Below are positions 61,702 to 64,000 of a stretch of DNA of 64,000 bases, in pieces. The DNA comes from a virus. Each line of letters begins with the position of its first letter. Position 1 is the stretch's first letter. The position numbers were made by a program, and so were the translations under genes. The notes under the pieces were generated by a model that saw nothing but the letters and a program-made list of their open reading frames with translations, had not been told where the DNA came from and ran no database searches. The DNA lies in the IMG/VR virus record IMGVR_UViG_3300032144_000005. One strand, 5' to 3'.

Positions 61702-62031
61702 ATGCCTGACATCATCCGCTGTAAAATCGACGTCCTCAAGATCCAGAAAGAGTACCTGTACGCCGCCAAGTCAGGCGCCAAGTACCTCGACATCACGCTG
61801 CTGCCATCGAAGAACAGCCCATACGGGGACGACTACATGATCATCCAAGACCTCGGCAAGGACGCGCGGGCGCGCGGCGAGCGCGGCAAGATCCTCGGCA
61901 ACGGCAAATTCTTCTTCCCGAAAGGTAAGCCGAATCCGCCCGCCGCCGACCGCGAGCCGGAGCAGACCCGCTTCCCGACCCGGCCACCAGCTCAGAGCCC
62001 GATGGACGACACGGACGAGCCGCCCTTCTGA
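61702..62031 (+). CDS. Single-stranded DNA-binding protein (small OB type)
   Basis: KIDV.KI.KE.L..G.KYLDITL..YGDDY.I.Q..KD.R..G..G.ILGNGK with acidic ..DEPPF tail. Confidence 0.8.
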   Translation: MPDIIRCKIDVLKIQKEYLYAAKSGAKYLDITLLPSKNSPYGDDYMIIQDLGKDARARGERGKILGNGKFFFPKGKPNPPAADREPEQTRFPTRPPAQSPMDDTDEPPF

Positions 62032-62121
62032 TCGGCAAAGGATCTCATATCGCAAACAAACGATCTCATTTACCTGCGTCCACAGCACCGCTAAAATCGA
62101 GGCCACAGGCCGAGTACAGTT

Positions 62122-62148
62122 GAAGCCGACCAACGGAAGGCTTCTTTT
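62122..62148 (+). terminator. Terminator of the replication operon
   Basis: GAAGCC...GGCTTC followed by TTTT at the convergence of operons. Confidence 0.55.
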
Positions 62149-62241
62149 GGGTTTTCGATGTGCATAGGGTGCGACCGTGTTATCACTTTCGTACCTGTAC
62201 GGAACAGGCTCCCAAGGGAGGAATTTGTGCTGGGCGCGCCC

Positions 62242-62445
62242 CTATTCCTCCACCTGCACGATCCTGACATTGTCGCGGGACCGCGCCGCCTTGGGCAACC
62301 CCCGCTCCGCCTCGTCCAGCGTGTCGAACAGCAGCGGCTTGAACAGGTCGCCGGGCTCCGGCCTGAGCGACCCCCACGCCATCTCGCCGCCGCCACCCCA
62401 GTAGAAGCGGTCGTAAACGGCGTTCCACTCGATGGCGTACTTCAT
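62242..62445 (-). CDS. Hypothetical protein
   Basis: Packed ORF. Confidence 0.55.
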   Translation of the reverse strand: MKYAIEWNAVYDRFYWGGGGEMAWGSLRPEPGDLFKPLLFDTLDEAERGLPKAARSRDNVRIVQVEE

Positions 62446-62451
62446 GGCGGA

Positions 62452-62727
62452 TCACTGATCGTAGGGTAAATCCAGCTCCAGCTCAGCCCGCCACGAGATC
62501 ACAACATCCGGTGAATCCTTGTTGGGCTTTGCGACCACCTCGACAAAGGTGTCGCCCGCAGTGAAACTCAGCACCTCGGGGTCGGTATTAACGTCTAGCT
62601 GGGCGTCACGGGCCAGTTCTGCCATGCGCCGCGCCGCCTTGCTCGCGTCATTGAAGATCATCACCTTCTCGGGTAAACCCGGAACGTAGAGCGCGATCCG
62701 ATGGTAGCGCGGGGTCATGTCGATCAT
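62452..62727 (-). CDS. Hypothetical protein
   Basis: Packed ORF. Confidence 0.55.
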   Translation of the reverse strand: MIDMTPRYHRIALYVPGLPEKVMIFNDASKAARRMAELARDAQLDVNTDPEVLSFTAGDTFVEVVAKPNKDSPDVVISWRAELELDLPYDQ

Positions 62728-62730
62728 AGG

Positions 62731-63036
62731 CTACAAACTTGTGACCTTGTAGGCGTTCGGGTGCTTCTCCAGCCACTCCTTGACGTCCGGCGCGTCGGAG
62801 GCGCGGATGCCTTCGGGCTCCATCAGGCAGGCGATCATGTCGTACTTGAAGACCATCTCGCAGTCAACAGCGACGGTCTCGGCGGCGGTCACGGTGCGCG
62901 TCGCCTGCGCTTTCTCGATGGCCTCCCGCGCCGCCCGGCCCCACTCGGCGTCAACTACCTTGGTGAAACGCAGGACCGCGCCGGGGGTTTCCCAGCGGTA
63001 GTCCGGCGACTTGGGAATTTCGGGCAGCTCGCTCAT
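62731..63036 (-). CDS. Hypothetical protein
   Basis: Packed ORF; ATGA overlap. Confidence 0.55.
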   Translation of the reverse strand: MSELPEIPKSPDYRWETPGAVLRFTKVVDAEWGRAAREAIEKAQATRTVTAAETVAVDCEMVFKYDMIACLMEPEGIRASDAPDVKEWLEKHPNAYKVTSL

Positions 63037-63299
63037 GCGGGGCTCTGGTGGTGTTCGACGCTCAGCTTGCGCACCGGGCGGTCGGGTTGCAGGAGCCGCC
63101 CGTAGCGGATTAGGCGGCAGACGCTGGAAAACTCAACATCCGTCGTCTCGTCCGTGAAGGGCGGCACGTTGTACAGGCTCATGGCCGCGCGCAGCACGGG
63201 CCAGTCGCCCAAGGTCCCGCGCATCAGGCCGTGGGCTGCGAGCGTGAGCTGGGTCTTGGCCCAGCCGGGTGCGGTGGCAGCGGTGTTCTTGCGGCTCAT
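63033..63299 (-). CDS. Hypothetical protein
   Basis: Packed ORF; ATGA overlap. Confidence 0.55.
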   Translation of the reverse strand: MSRKNTAATAPGWAKTQLTLAAHGLMRGTLGDWPVLRAAMSLYNVPPFTDETTDVEFSSVCRLIRYGRLLQPDRPVRKLSVEHHQSPA

Positions 63300-63601
63300 G
63301 GCTCACGCATGATTTCGCGGCAGCGTTGCAGCTTGTTCATCATGCCGTGGTAGTAGAGCGACGCCTTGGCGGACAGGTTGTCCAGCGTGGCGCGCGTGTT
63401 CCAGCGCTTGATCGCCGCCTCCTTGTAGGCGTCGGAGCCGCGCTCGTCGGAGACCCCGACGCCGTCGCGCACCGAGGGCTTGGCGACGCACTGGGAAGAG
63501 ACGCAGCGCACCTCGCCCCAAGCGTTGCCCTCCTTGGTGGGATCGGTCGGGATGATGACCGGCTGGAGCCCGCAGAACGGGCAGGGGAGTGGTTCAGTCA
63601 T
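63296..63601 (-). CDS. Lar-like (restriction alleviation family) Zn-finger protein
   Basis: PLPCPFCG..V.C..C..EAAIKRWNTRA pattern. Confidence 0.7.
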   Translation of the reverse strand: MTEPLPCPFCGLQPVIIPTDPTKEGNAWGEVRCVSSQCVAKPSVRDGVGVSDERGSDAYKEAAIKRWNTRATLDNLSAKASLYYHGMMNKLQRCREIMREP

Positions 63602-63698
63602 GGTAGTCGGTGGGATCTTTCTTGTCGCAGAACACGCCGCAGGCGAAGCCGACGATGAACACGACGACGCACAGGACGAAGATGGAGACGGGGCTCAT
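63594..63698 (-). CDS. 34-aa single-TM peptide (not in ORF track)
   Basis: MSPVSIFVLCVVVFIVGFACGVFCDKKDPTDYHD; overlaps both neighbours. Confidence 0.5.
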   Translation of the reverse strand: MSPVSIFVLCVVVFIVGFACGVFCDKKDPTDYHD

Positions 63699-64000
63699 GG
63701 GGTGAGTTGCCCGAGGACACCGCGCCCGTGGCGCTCGATGGTGCGCCGGTTCATGCGGAGCATGGCGTCCTCAAGGTGCGTGATGATGATGGCGTTGTCC
63801 CGGCACTTGAAGGGGCCGGACTGGAAGCCCGCCATGCGGTGCAGGAGCACGGCAAGGAGGGCTTCGTTGGAGAGGCCGTTGATCTCGGCGGCAGGATCTC
63901 CCTGCTGGAACTTCAGGCACGCGACCGCGTCACCGCTGGGTGACTTGTGGCCGAGCGTGTACATGAAGTGCGCGCCGCCGTTGCCCGGCGCGCCGCAGGC
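63695..64000 (-). CDS. tad1: Tad1-family anti-defence sponge protein (N-terminus beyond the window)
   Basis: Frame is open to the window edge. PGNGGAHFMY..LKFQQG..NGLSNEALLAVLLHRMAGFQSGPFKCRDN...THLEDAMLRMNRRT.ER..RGVLG parallels the Tad1 pattern as I recall it (GPGGAYH..IKFQKG..RL.SFQAGPF.SREN..LTHVEEAL.WMNRR..R.VLG). Confidence 0.85.
   Translation of the reverse strand, partial: ACGAPGNGGAHFMYTLGHKSPSGDAVACLKFQQGDPAAEINGLSNEALLAVLLHRMAGFQSGPFKCRDNAIIITHLEDAMLRMNRRTIERHGRGVLGQLTP

Noticed and set aside
63695-64000. Acb2 assignment
   Set aside because: The sequence lacks the Acb2 GYR.L...E pattern and matches Tad1 instead.
1-64000. CRISPR array, tRNA, rRNA, DGR, holin/endolysin, DNA polymerase
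   Set aside because: None was recognisable by eye; lysis genes may lie outside the window.

Overview
A 64-kb segment of a high-GC tailed dsDNA phage with podovirus-like architecture. On the minus strand the order is terminase, portal, scaffold, major capsid, adaptor, nozzle, J-like tail protein, ejection proteins (including a 2967-aa polyvalent protein) and two tail fibres. A middle module follows (HAD phosphatase, ParB-like protein, tyrosine recombinase), then about 35 small early genes and a structured non-coding control region at about 56.5-58.2 kb. A short plus-strand replication operon (HNH, initiator, DnaC-like loader, SSB) and convergent anti-defence genes (Lar-like, Tad1) end the window. 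The most notable feature is an apparently complete phage-encoded ubiquitin-like conjugation operon at 40.7-45.7 kb: tandem di-Ubl, E2, E1 and JAB, plus two unknown genes. Both Ubl units end in ...AN[R/T]KA instead of Gly. The phage also encodes a cupin-SET fusion, an ART plus zincin polyvalent protein and a glycosyltransferase-like protein. Other sequence-level signals are 11-bp-phased iteron arrays, three covarying ACA-triloop hairpins, a candidate ncRNA, an A10 slippery site and largely SD-less gene leaders. All family assignments come from motif recognition by eye; no database search was run.
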